Shown piece after piece: positions 34,794 to 43,777 of a stretch of 64,000 nucleotides of DNA (position 1 is the first letter of the stretch; the number at the start of each line of letters is the position of its first letter). The DNA comes from an uncultured Candidatus Saccharibacteria bacterium (GTDB lineage Bacteria; Patescibacteriota; Minisyncoccia; Phycocordibacterales; UBA5272). The notes under the pieces are model-generated. The model ran no database searches. It saw nothing but the letters and a program-made list of their open reading frames with translations, and was not told where the DNA came from. Position numbers and translations under genes: made by a program. The stretch lies in assembly GCA_964546555.1 (NCBI GenBank), contig CAZJJX010000005.1, positions 5,304 through 69,303 of the forward strand, in the 5' to 3' direction.

Positions 34794-35375
34794 TCATTCA
34801 CTTACAACTGGAACTACCAGGTAATCACTACCACTTTTTTTAATTGTAATTTCACGACATATCTCCATAAAATAAAGTGCTCGAGCAAGATCATGTATTG
34901 TGAAATCTTTGATTTTCTTACCGACAATTTCAAGTAGTATTTTATGTGAAAGAACTTCACGAAAGTCATTCATTACCAAATGGACAGACTCATCTGATCT
35001 CTCGTGTAAAGTATCATATGTTGAAATATCGGAGACTTCCGGTAAAGTAAACATTTCACCAGATATGAACAAATTTCGGATTAAGCACCACTTATTTGTA
35101 ATCTCCCTATTAGGGGTTTCTGCTGATGTTGGGTAAGCAATTGCAACAAGCGCAACTTCAACCAACTCACACATTTCACGAGCACCTTCCGGGTCACTTG
35201 CTTGCCCTGTTCTATAGCTGCCTCGCCTAACCCACATTGTAATGAATGCGTCTAATCGAAGTATTTCATCAAATGGAAGGATGATATTTTCTCGTAAACG
35301 TAAGGACAATTCCTGGTACACTTGATCTGGAAAATAATCAATGACATTCCGCCTGGAGCCAAAAAAGGTTGCCAT
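34794..35375 (-). CDS. hypothetical protein (193 aa, orphan)
   Basis: AAGGAG lies upstream of the ATG (minus strand ataaggagatactATG). I recognise no family. Confidence 0.55.
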   Translation of the reverse strand: MATFFGSRRNVIDYFPDQVYQELSLRLRENIILPFDEILRLDAFITMWVRRGSYRTGQASDPEGAREMCELVEVALVAIAYPTSAETPNREITNKWCLIRNLFISGEMFTLPEVSDISTYDTLHERSDESVHLVMNDFREVLSHKILLEIVGKKIKDFTIHDLARALYFMEICREITIKKSGSDYLVVPVVSE

Positions 35376-35534
35376 AGTATCTCCTTATCATATTAAACAT
35401 GGTACTACTACTCTTATACTACTCGCCCAAAGAAGCATTGTCAAAGAAATTTTCGCTCCTATCACAGCAAATTATAGAAACACTTTACTTTGTACTTTGT
35501 TATTTAGATACTCCTTTATTATACTTATACTTAT

Positions 35535-36254
35535 ATGCTTACTATACAAAATCTTACAAAAATATTCGGCAACAAAAAAGCGGTTAATGATGTGAGCTTC
35601 ACCATCAAAGAAGGTGAAATATTTACTCTTATCGGACCTAATAGTTCAGGAAAAACAACTATTGTAAAAACTATCATCGGACTCCTTGCTCCAACAAGCG
35701 GAACCGTTAGCATCAATAACCACAATGTCATAACATCTCCTGAGATAACTAAATCGCTCATTGGGTATATTCCTGATGAACCATCTATCTGGCAACATAT
35801 GACAGGAGAAGAGTTTCTCTATTTTACCCAGGCACTCTTTGGCATCGATGAGAAAAAAAGAAAATCAAAACTCAAAGAGCACCTTGCGCATTTTAATCTT
35901 GCAGGACTCGAAAAGCAGTATTTCGGAGAATATTCTCGCGGAAACAAGCAGAAGTTCAGTATTACTGCAGCATTTGCTCACCACCCAAAACTACTTGTTA
36001 TCGATGAACCGATCGTTGGACTCGATCCAACAGGCGCAGACATCGCCAAGAACATGTTCAAAGATTTTGCAAAACAAGGTGGCTCTATCCTTCTTGTCAC
36101 TCACACACTTCCAGTAGCGGAGGAAATCTCTGACAGAATTGGCTTCCTCAAAAACGGTGAGCTCATTGCATCAGGCACCCTTAGTGAGTTACGAACTCAG
36201 GCAGGGCTAGGCAGTGACGCATCTCTTGATGATGTCTACAAAAAGCTTGCATAA
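35535..36254 (+). CDS. ABC transporter ATP-binding protein
   Basis: Walker A GPNSSGKTT, signature-like YSRGNKQK, Walker B LLVIDEP and an H-loop VTHTL are present. Confidence 0.9.
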   Translation: MLTIQNLTKIFGNKKAVNDVSFTIKEGEIFTLIGPNSSGKTTIVKTIIGLLAPTSGTVSINNHNVITSPEITKSLIGYIPDEPSIWQHMTGEEFLYFTQALFGIDEKKRKSKLKEHLAHFNLAGLEKQYFGEYSRGNKQKFSITAAFAHHPKLLVIDEPIVGLDPTGADIAKNMFKDFAKQGGSILLVTHTLPVAEEISDRIGFLKNGELIASGTLSELRTQAGLGSDASLDDVYKKLA

Positions 36255-36269
36255 TCCAACACCCTATCT

Positions 36270-37940
36270 ATGCTTAGACTTTTTCTTCGTTTCGAATTAC
36301 AAAAAATTAGCTCGTATTTCAAGACAAATACCCTTGCAAAAACAATCACCACAGGAATGTTCCTTGCGGTATTCCTCTTTGTCGGTGTTGGCTTATACTT
36401 TTTTTTCTTGTCAGGATTTCGCTATGTTAACTTCAGTGTAGAGCAAGAGATACAGCTTCCGCTTACGCTTTTTATGTATGAGCTCTTCTTACTTGTGATG
36501 GCAGGAGTTATTGTCTTTAGTGCAACAGTTTCCACTATCTTCAATCTTTTCCGTGGACAATATGATGCATGGTTCATTAGTTCTCCAAAATACTATCTTT
36601 TCCCGAGAATTGTTTTCATTAAAAGCGTACTGACATCATCGTGGCCACTTTTTATAATGTTTTTGCCAGCTATCCTTGCTTTTAACAAAATCTATCATCT
36701 GGGTGCTGACACTGTTATCGTGCTTTTATTTTCAGTAATTGTCTTACTTGTTGTACTTGTTGGGTTAAGCATGCTTACAACACTTTTCCTAAGCACCATC
36801 TATTACAAAGCTACCACATTAGTAAAAAGTCACTTTACATTCGGAGCACTAGTAGCGATACTTGGTACGGTATTTCTTGGTGTCCTTATAGCAGCATGGA
36901 AAACCGTAAAAGATATTGATCTTGTGGCACTTTTTAAGGCAGACAATGCTGATATCAATGTCACCATCGCAAACATCAGTGAACATTTCTATGCATCCCC
37001 TACCCACCTACTCGCTCTTGAAATTTTGTATTTTCAAGAAAAACTTCCAGGACTTGCATGGAAACTACTTACATTGCTTATACTTCTAGCACTGTGTGTA
37101 TGTGTAGCCATCTGGAAAACATCACGTATTTTTTATAAACAATGGCAAGCACTCCAAGAAGGTTCAACAAAGCTCTCTGACCAAACATCAGTCATGAGCA
37201 GTAAAACAGTCTATCATTTTACAGGAGGTCAGGTTATGGCACTTTTCAAAAAAGAAGCACTTGTGCTAAGCAGGAACCAGCGTGGTGTTGTATGGTTCTT
37301 ATTCTTATCAGGACTTTGGCTAGCGCAAGTTGGTACAAATATCATCTTGCGCCACAACCTTACACGACATCAGACTGATATTACCGAAAAACTAGCAGTA
37401 TTCCAATCGCTTCAGTTTATTATTGCCATTTACTTTATTTGTTCATTTGCACTACGATTCGTCTTTCCTGCGTTTAGTGTAGAAAAGAAGACCGCATGGA
37501 TAATACGGAGCGCACCAATTAATTTCAAAAAGCTTTTTTTGAGTAAGTATCTTTTTTATGTTACGTTCTTTATTGTTCTTGGTGGACTCATGAGCTACAT
37601 TAACGTACGTATTCTTGATCTTGAATGGTTAAACGTACTCTACTCGCTCTCACTTTTCCTTGTAACAGTTACTGCGATTGTGACGCTCGCGCTTTCGCTT
37701 GGAGCACTTTTCCCAAGTAAAGACACCGATGATCCAGAAGCAATAAGCACAAGCATGTCCGGACTTTTCTTTACAGCCCTTTCACTTGCGCTTGGCGGGC
37801 TAAGTTCATATGTACTTTATCTAACACTCACTCAAAAAACATCGCTTTTTCTGATTCTTTTTGAACTTCTCCTTCTTGTCGGGACAGTGATTGCTCTTCT
37901 TAAAGTTCCATATCTTGCAGAAAAGCGACAACTACAGTAG
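36270..37940 (+). CDS. large polytopic ABC-exporter permease-like membrane protein
   Basis: 556 aa with at least 12 hydrophobic spans. It lies 15 nt after the ATPase gene. Confidence 0.6.
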   Translation: MLRLFLRFELQKISSYFKTNTLAKTITTGMFLAVFLFVGVGLYFFFLSGFRYVNFSVEQEIQLPLTLFMYELFLLVMAGVIVFSATVSTIFNLFRGQYDAWFISSPKYYLFPRIVFIKSVLTSSWPLFIMFLPAILAFNKIYHLGADTVIVLLFSVIVLLVVLVGLSMLTTLFLSTIYYKATTLVKSHFTFGALVAILGTVFLGVLIAAWKTVKDIDLVALFKADNADINVTIANISEHFYASPTHLLALEILYFQEKLPGLAWKLLTLLILLALCVCVAIWKTSRIFYKQWQALQEGSTKLSDQTSVMSSKTVYHFTGGQVMALFKKEALVLSRNQRGVVWFLFLSGLWLAQVGTNIILRHNLTRHQTDITEKLAVFQSLQFIIAIYFICSFALRFVFPAFSVEKKTAWIIRSAPINFKKLFLSKYLFYVTFFIVLGGLMSYINVRILDLEWLNVLYSLSLFLVTVTAIVTLALSLGALFPSKDTDDPEAISTSMSGLFFTALSLALGGLSSYVLYLTLTQKTSLFLILFELLLLVGTVIALLKVPYLAEKRQLQ

Positions 37941-38003
37941 GTGTGCAAAATAGCAAAGAATAATTTTACTTTTGCTATATACTACTAGGTATATACAACA
38001 ACC

Positions 38004-39362
38004 ATGAAACCACTTCACATTATTATCATTTGTGCCTTCTTTGCAATTGCGGGCGGAAGTTTCTATTACACAAATTTTGCACACAAAGGTGCAAATGAAT
38101 ATGTAAGTGAAGAAAAACCTAAAGTAGAAACCCCACAAGACACTATCACCCTCTACAAAGAGTACGGCGAGGTTGCCTTTAAGAACAAAACAACAGACAC
38201 ATTTATAGTCCTTAAAGACCAAAAAACTCAAGTGGCAAACTACACAACAGTACGCACAGGTAATGGGCGTGGCTATGTAATCTTCCCAGATAACTCAAGT
38301 ATCACGCTTGCGACAGGTACTGAGATAGAGATCTCGTACGAGCCAACAAAAGTTTCTATACTTCAGATAGTTGGATCAACCTATCACCGTGTTACTGCAC
38401 TTGTTAACGGTAATAAGTACGAGATTCGCACACCTAATACGCTTGCGGCTATTCGTGGCACAAAACTTGCCGTAACCTATAATCCATCAACCAAAAAGAC
38501 TAACGTCTTAGTTACAGAGCATCAAGTAGAAGTTACTCCTACTAAAAATGACGGCACTCCAAGCAAGGCACCTGTAATGGTAAAGCAAGGTAGTTTTGCA
38601 AACATCCAATCATCAACAAGCACAACTAAAGCTGAGGAAAAAATGGTAGTAAAAACAAATGATGAGATGAAAGAACCAGCTATAAAAATCTTTATGGATG
38701 AGAATAAAATCATTGATAAAGAGTATGACAAAGTTCCACCAGAACAAAAGGTGGAGTTCATGGAAAGAATGATCTCAACCATCCAAAAAGAGAATGAAGA
38801 AGTGCCAACTACTGACGACACCCAACCTCAAACAAAAACAACGACGCGAGTTGAGACCATTACGCGTGTTATCAAAGTAATGAACGAGACAACTTCACCA
38901 ACAACATCAACAACCAAAGTAGAAACAACAAAACCTACAACTTCCACGACCAATTCCACAACCGAAACAAAAACAACATCTGATATACCAATAACGACTA
39001 CATCACCACGCAGCCAAACTACTGATACACAAACCCCATCTCGCACTCTTATTCCTTTCCCTACCGACAAGGAAGAGCTCAGTTCAAATGAACAGAATTT
39101 TATCGATATCTTCTACGCAACATACGAAAAATATTTCTTCGTAGATGAGCCGCAAGCATACTGTAAGAAAATAGGTCAGATGAAGGCTCAAGATCTTGTT
39201 AACACACTTCTTATGGTTGGCAACACTTCTGGATTTATTATTCCACGGCAAACCGACCTCTCAGTATTTGCAACTGATCTTGTAAATGCATGTGCAGATG
39301 GCAACATGACTTCAAAAGCATCGACTTTCAAAACACGCTTCGACACAACCTACCCATTCTAA
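38004..39362 (+). CDS. FecR-domain protein with Thr-rich linker
   Basis: It has an N-terminal TM. GRGYVIFPDNSSITLATGTEIEI...YEIRTPNTLAAIRGTKLAVTY resembles the FecR family. Confidence 0.6.
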   Translation: MKPLHIIIICAFFAIAGGSFYYTNFAHKGANEYVSEEKPKVETPQDTITLYKEYGEVAFKNKTTDTFIVLKDQKTQVANYTTVRTGNGRGYVIFPDNSSITLATGTEIEISYEPTKVSILQIVGSTYHRVTALVNGNKYEIRTPNTLAAIRGTKLAVTYNPSTKKTNVLVTEHQVEVTPTKNDGTPSKAPVMVKQGSFANIQSSTSTTKAEEKMVVKTNDEMKEPAIKIFMDENKIIDKEYDKVPPEQKVEFMERMISTIQKENEEVPTTDDTQPQTKTTTRVETITRVIKVMNETTSPTTSTTKVETTKPTTSTTNSTTETKTTSDIPITTTSPRSQTTDTQTPSRTLIPFPTDKEELSSNEQNFIDIFYATYEKYFFVDEPQAYCKKIGQMKAQDLVNTLLMVGNTSGFIIPRQTDLSVFATDLVNACADGNMTSKASTFKTRFDTTYPF

Positions 39363-39364
39363 CC

Positions 39365-41239
39365 ATGAACAGAAAAGAAAGGCAGCTATTTTTGGGAGGG
39401 CTTCTTATCACCCTTATTGTTGCACTTATACTTGCACAGACTACGCTTGGAGTTTATATCAATAGACTTATCCACGATCAAGCAACTGACCACGCAATAC
39501 GCAATGAGGTAGTTATTGTTGGTATCGATGATACATCATTACATACACTCGGTGCTTGGCCTTGGAAGCGAGACATCTTTGCGACAACAATTCAAAAACT
39601 TCAAGATGCTGGGGTGCGAGCTATAGTATTTGATGTACTTTTCCTTGAACCTCGCGATGGAGATGATTCTATGGATAAGGTCTTACAAACCGCTAAGGTT
39701 CCTGTTATCTTTGCTTCAAAACTTGATAAAGAAGGTGAATATCTCCATCCAGTATATAAAGAAACTACAACAACCTTAGCTGGTATTGCTCATGTGTATC
39801 CAGATAACGATGGCAAGGTGCGCACAGTTCCACTCTTCCAAAAAGATACACATGGTACATGCCACATAAGCCTTGCATATCAAGCATTCCTTGCATTTAC
39901 CAAACAAGATAAGGCACCCTGCAACGAAGATACTATTTCTTTTCTCTACCAAGTACAACACCCAGCAACCATCTCACTTACTGACGTACTTGATTCTAAA
40001 GTAAATAAAGAATCTCTAGAGGGTACCGTTGTGTTTATTGGAAGCAATACACTTGATATCGAAGATCATTTTGTCTCGCTACAAGGAGAAAAGATCCCTG
40101 GTGTCTATGTGCACGCAAGTATCTTTACCACACTTTTAAATAAAAGTTGGCTCACAAAAGTTCCTTATAGTATAGTCATCATTATCACACTTATATCTAT
40201 AAGTAGTGCACTTTTTATTATTTTCAGAATAAAAAGAAGTGTGACTCAGGGTGTATTTCTTCTTCTTGGGATACTCTTTATTCTTAGTCTTGGAATACTC
40301 TTTCTACAGTTCTCAAAAAGTCTTTCTGTTGCAGATATCATATTCCCCTACATTCTTACAGCACTCTATGCAATTCAGTTTCGCTATATTACAACAGATA
40401 AGAAAAACGCCTTCATCAAAGAACTTTTTGGGCATTATGTTAATCCAAAAGTACTTGCCAACATCTTACAAACAAATAATCTCAAGCTAGGCGGAGAAAA
40501 GAAATATATTAGTATTCTTTTTTCAGATATTAGAGGTTTTACCACAATGACAGAGACAATGAGTGCAGAGAAACTCGTAGAGACACTTAACTCATACCTC
40601 GCAACGATGAGTCCCATCATTATGGATAAAGATGGTGTCATTGATAAATATATCGGGGACGCGATTATGGCATTTTGGAATGCACCTGTTGATGTTGCTA
40701 ACCATGAGCAAAAGGCAGTTGAAGCATCCCTTTATATGATTGATGCACTCCTTGCCACAAAGAAGGATCACAACCTTGAGATTGGAATTGGGCTTCATGC
40801 AGGTGAAGCAATTGTAGGAAATATCGGAAGTAAAGATCGCGTTAACTATACAATTATTGGCGATGCCGTAAATGCATGTTCACGACTAGAAGGTCTTACA
40901 AAGAAATATGGTGTACGAATTCTTATAAGTGAGCAAATAAAAAATGCATTACGAAGTGATGCTATTATAGTGCGTCCAATAGATATAGTGCGTGTCAAAG
41001 GTAAAAGCGAGGTAATGAAAATCTACGAACCACTGTGGAAAAATGATGAAACAGTGCGCCGCGTAACCCTTTCTAGAGAAGCATTTGAACACTACCAAAA
41101 GGGTGATTTTGACACATCATCTTCACTATATCTTGAACTTGGAGATAGCTATAGTTTCATGATGAGAGAGCGAATTTCTCAGATACGTGTAAAAAATATA
41201 CCTCATTGGACTGGGGTTTTTGACTGGGATGAAAAATAG
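39365..41239 (+). CDS. CHASE2-sensor class III adenylate/guanylate cyclase
   Basis: CHASE2 is indicated by VVIVGIDDTSLHTLGAWPWKRD...AIVFDVLFLEP. TM spans follow, then the cyclase core ILFSDIRGFTTMTE...GDAIMAFW. I moved the start to ATG 39365. Confidence 0.85.
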   Translation: MNRKERQLFLGGLLITLIVALILAQTTLGVYINRLIHDQATDHAIRNEVVIVGIDDTSLHTLGAWPWKRDIFATTIQKLQDAGVRAIVFDVLFLEPRDGDDSMDKVLQTAKVPVIFASKLDKEGEYLHPVYKETTTTLAGIAHVYPDNDGKVRTVPLFQKDTHGTCHISLAYQAFLAFTKQDKAPCNEDTISFLYQVQHPATISLTDVLDSKVNKESLEGTVVFIGSNTLDIEDHFVSLQGEKIPGVYVHASIFTTLLNKSWLTKVPYSIVIIITLISISSALFIIFRIKRSVTQGVFLLLGILFILSLGILFLQFSKSLSVADIIFPYILTALYAIQFRYITTDKKNAFIKELFGHYVNPKVLANILQTNNLKLGGEKKYISILFSDIRGFTTMTETMSAEKLVETLNSYLATMSPIIMDKDGVIDKYIGDAIMAFWNAPVDVANHEQKAVEASLYMIDALLATKKDHNLEIGIGLHAGEAIVGNIGSKDRVNYTIIGDAVNACSRLEGLTKKYGVRILISEQIKNALRSDAIIVRPIDIVRVKGKSEVMKIYEPLWKNDETVRRVTLSREAFEHYQKGDFDTSSSLYLELGDSYSFMMRERISQIRVKNIPHWTGVFDWDEK

Positions 41240-41321
41240 TGGTCAACATAGACCACATCTCAAACAATTATGAGTTATTCCTTTTAAAGGCACGTGTTAT
41301 AGCGCTATACTTGTCTGTGTA

Positions 41322-42569
41322 ATGCCCGCTAAAAAAGTTCTTATGTTTGGATGGGAATACCCTCCACACCACAGCGGTGGTTTAGGAGTTGCCTGCAAAG
41401 GCATGGCTCATGCACTCATCGACAACGATGTCCATGTTTGTTTTGTCTTACCAAAAACCGTTGCACTCAAGGACGAAAAAGTATCTATTACTTTTGCTGA
41501 TAAAAAAGCCGCCTTTCAAACAACAACGACTCACCTTGAGATTCTTGCCCGAGAACTCCAAAACCCATACATAAGTTCAATCGAGTACGAAAAACGCTTA
41601 AAGATTTTTATCCAGGCGGGAGGAAAGATTATCCCTCGAACACTTCTGCAACAAGTAGATTACTATGGGGCACTCGTAAAAACACTATCAAGAGATGATC
41701 TAGAGAACTGTGACGTTATCCACGCACATGACTGGCTTTGTTTCAAAGCAGGAATTGCTGCAAAAGAGCTAACTCATAAACCACTTATTGCACACATTCA
41801 TGCAACTGAGTTTGACCGTGGAGGTGGGACAGGTGTAAACCAGCAAGTCTATGACAGAGAACGTGAAGGCATGCACCTAGCTGACCACATCATCGCTGTA
41901 AGTGAACTCACAAAAAACACCATTGTTAATCATTATGGTATCGACCCGCAAAAGGTAACGGTTATTCACAATGGGAACACCCCTGCTTCACCCCAGGTAA
42001 GCGACCGCTTCTCTACACTTATGCACCTAAAACATGATGGTAAAAAAATTGTCCTCTTTGCTGGTCGCATCACAATACAAAAAGGTGTTGATTACTTTGT
42101 AAAGGCAGCTAAAAAAGTTCTTGATTATGAAAAAGGTGTATACTTTATAGTAGCGGGATCAGGTGACATGGAACAGCAGATAATTAACCTTACCGCGACA
42201 TTAGGTATTAATCATCACTTTTTATTTACAGGCTACTATACCGTTGACGAGCAAGCAAGCCTCTTTACACTTGCTGATCTTGTTGTAATGCCCTCTGTAT
42301 CAGAACCGTTTGGCATCATCCCTCTTGAGTCCATGAGTAACGGCACTCCAGTGATTGTTTCCAAACAATCGGGAGTAGCAGAAGTTATTACTCATGCACT
42401 CAAAGTTGACTTCTGGGATACGGATGAGATGGCAAACAAGATTCTCGCAGTCATCCACCATAAAGTACTGAGAGAAACATTACGAAATGAAGGCTATCAC
42501 CAAGTAAAAGGCATTACATGGGACAAAGCAGCCAAGAAAATGAAAGCACTTTATCAATCATTATCATAA
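41322..42569 (+). CDS. GT-B glycosyltransferase, glycogen-synthase-like (GT4/GT5)
   Basis: The N-terminus FGWEYPPHHSGGLGVACKG and the C-terminal PSVSEPFGIIPLESM (E-x7-E region) fit the family. Confidence 0.75.
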   Translation: MPAKKVLMFGWEYPPHHSGGLGVACKGMAHALIDNDVHVCFVLPKTVALKDEKVSITFADKKAAFQTTTTHLEILARELQNPYISSIEYEKRLKIFIQAGGKIIPRTLLQQVDYYGALVKTLSRDDLENCDVIHAHDWLCFKAGIAAKELTHKPLIAHIHATEFDRGGGTGVNQQVYDREREGMHLADHIIAVSELTKNTIVNHYGIDPQKVTVIHNGNTPASPQVSDRFSTLMHLKHDGKKIVLFAGRITIQKGVDYFVKAAKKVLDYEKGVYFIVAGSGDMEQQIINLTATLGINHHFLFTGYYTVDEQASLFTLADLVVMPSVSEPFGIIPLESMSNGTPVIVSKQSGVAEVITHALKVDFWDTDEMANKILAVIHHKVLRETLRNEGYHQVKGITWDKAAKKMKALYQSLS

Positions 42570-42574
42570 ATACC

Positions 42575-43771
42575 ATGCCGTCAATTGCACTCTACCTAAA
42601 AACACATCAACCTTTTCGTATAAAACCATACAGAGCTTTTGATATTGGTTATGATCATGAGTATTTTAATGATGGTAGCGACCGCAACACAAACAATGTC
42701 AAAATTCTTAAGAAAATTTGCGAAAAATCATACAAGCCAACAAATAAGATACTCCTTGAACTTCTCAAGAAACATCCTGAGTTCACGTTTAGCATTTCCC
42801 TCTCCGGTGTTTTACTAGAACAACTAGAAGAGCATGCCCCTTCAACACTAGAATCATTCAAAAAACTCGTTGACACTGGCCGTGTAGAGGTACTTGGTGA
42901 GACATATTATCATTCGCTTGCTTTTTACTATTCACTCTCAGAATTTGAAGCACAAGTAAAGATGCAAAACAAGACTCTTAAGAGACTCTTTGGCGTAACT
43001 CCAAAAGTATTTTCAAATACGGAGCTTGCATATCGTAACGATCTCGCACTATGGGCCGAAAAAGCAGGTTACAAGGGTATTATCGCAGAAGGATGGGATC
43101 CGATTTTAGGCTGGAGATCAGCGAACTTTGTCTATAAACCACCGCATACCGAAAAAATTAAACTTCTTCTTAAGAACTACAGGCTCTCTGATGACATTGC
43201 TTTTAGATTTGGCAACAAAGAATGGGCCGAGTGGCCTCTTACCGCAGATAAATTCGCGCAATGGGTTGATGCAGTAAACGGAAACGGTGAGACGATTAAC
43301 CTTTTCATGGATTATGAAACATTTGGTGAGCATCAGTGGGAAAGTACTGGTATTTTCGACTTCCTACGTCACATGCCACAAGAAGTTCTTAAAAACAAGG
43401 ATAATGGCTTCAAGACACTCTCAGAAACATGTAAAGCGTACGTTGCACGCGACGTTGTCGACATGCCTCATATTGTTACCTGGGCAGACACAGAACGTGA
43501 CCTAACTGCCTGGACAGGTAATAGCATGCAACAATCATCCCTTGCAGAACTGTATCGCATAGAATCACAGGTGCTTGCAACAAAAGATGCGAAACTCATC
43601 GATGACTGGCGAAAACTTCAGACATCAGATCATGTGTACTACATGTGTACTAAGTGGTCTAACGACGGCGATGTACACAAGTATTTCTCTCCATACGAAT
43701 CTCCGTATGAAGCATTTATTGCTTTTTCAAACGCACTTGCAGACCTTAAAATGCGCGCAAAAATAACATAA
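42575..43771 (+). CDS. glycoside hydrolase family 57 (alpha-amylase/glucanotransferase-like)
   Basis: ALYLKTHQPFRIKPY and FMDYETFGEHQW are present. I moved the start to ATG 42575. Confidence 0.8.
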   Translation: MPSIALYLKTHQPFRIKPYRAFDIGYDHEYFNDGSDRNTNNVKILKKICEKSYKPTNKILLELLKKHPEFTFSISLSGVLLEQLEEHAPSTLESFKKLVDTGRVEVLGETYYHSLAFYYSLSEFEAQVKMQNKTLKRLFGVTPKVFSNTELAYRNDLALWAEKAGYKGIIAEGWDPILGWRSANFVYKPPHTEKIKLLLKNYRLSDDIAFRFGNKEWAEWPLTADKFAQWVDAVNGNGETINLFMDYETFGEHQWESTGIFDFLRHMPQEVLKNKDNGFKTLSETCKAYVARDVVDMPHIVTWADTERDLTAWTGNSMQQSSLAELYRIESQVLATKDAKLIDDWRKLQTSDHVYYMCTKWSNDGDVHKYFSPYESPYEAFIAFSNALADLKMRAKIT

Positions 43772-43777
43772 CTATAT

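Noticed and set aside
31185-35534. Calling the tRNA-adjacent block a mobile element or prophage
   Set aside because: No integrase, transposase, terminal inverted repeats or convincing flanking direct repeats are present. The only repeat is a 12-nt tRNA-arm copy 150 nt from the tRNA. I therefore report it only as a compositionally and regulatorily distinct block.
8040-39364. Track-proposed upstream starts at 1064, 8040, 9780, 12545, 15868, 17584, 39290, 42518 and others
   Set aside because: They use non-ATG codons or overlap the preceding gene, and they add non-conserved N-terminal extensions. Internal ATGs give proper signal, TM or family N-termini and often sit at the leaderless -10 spacing.
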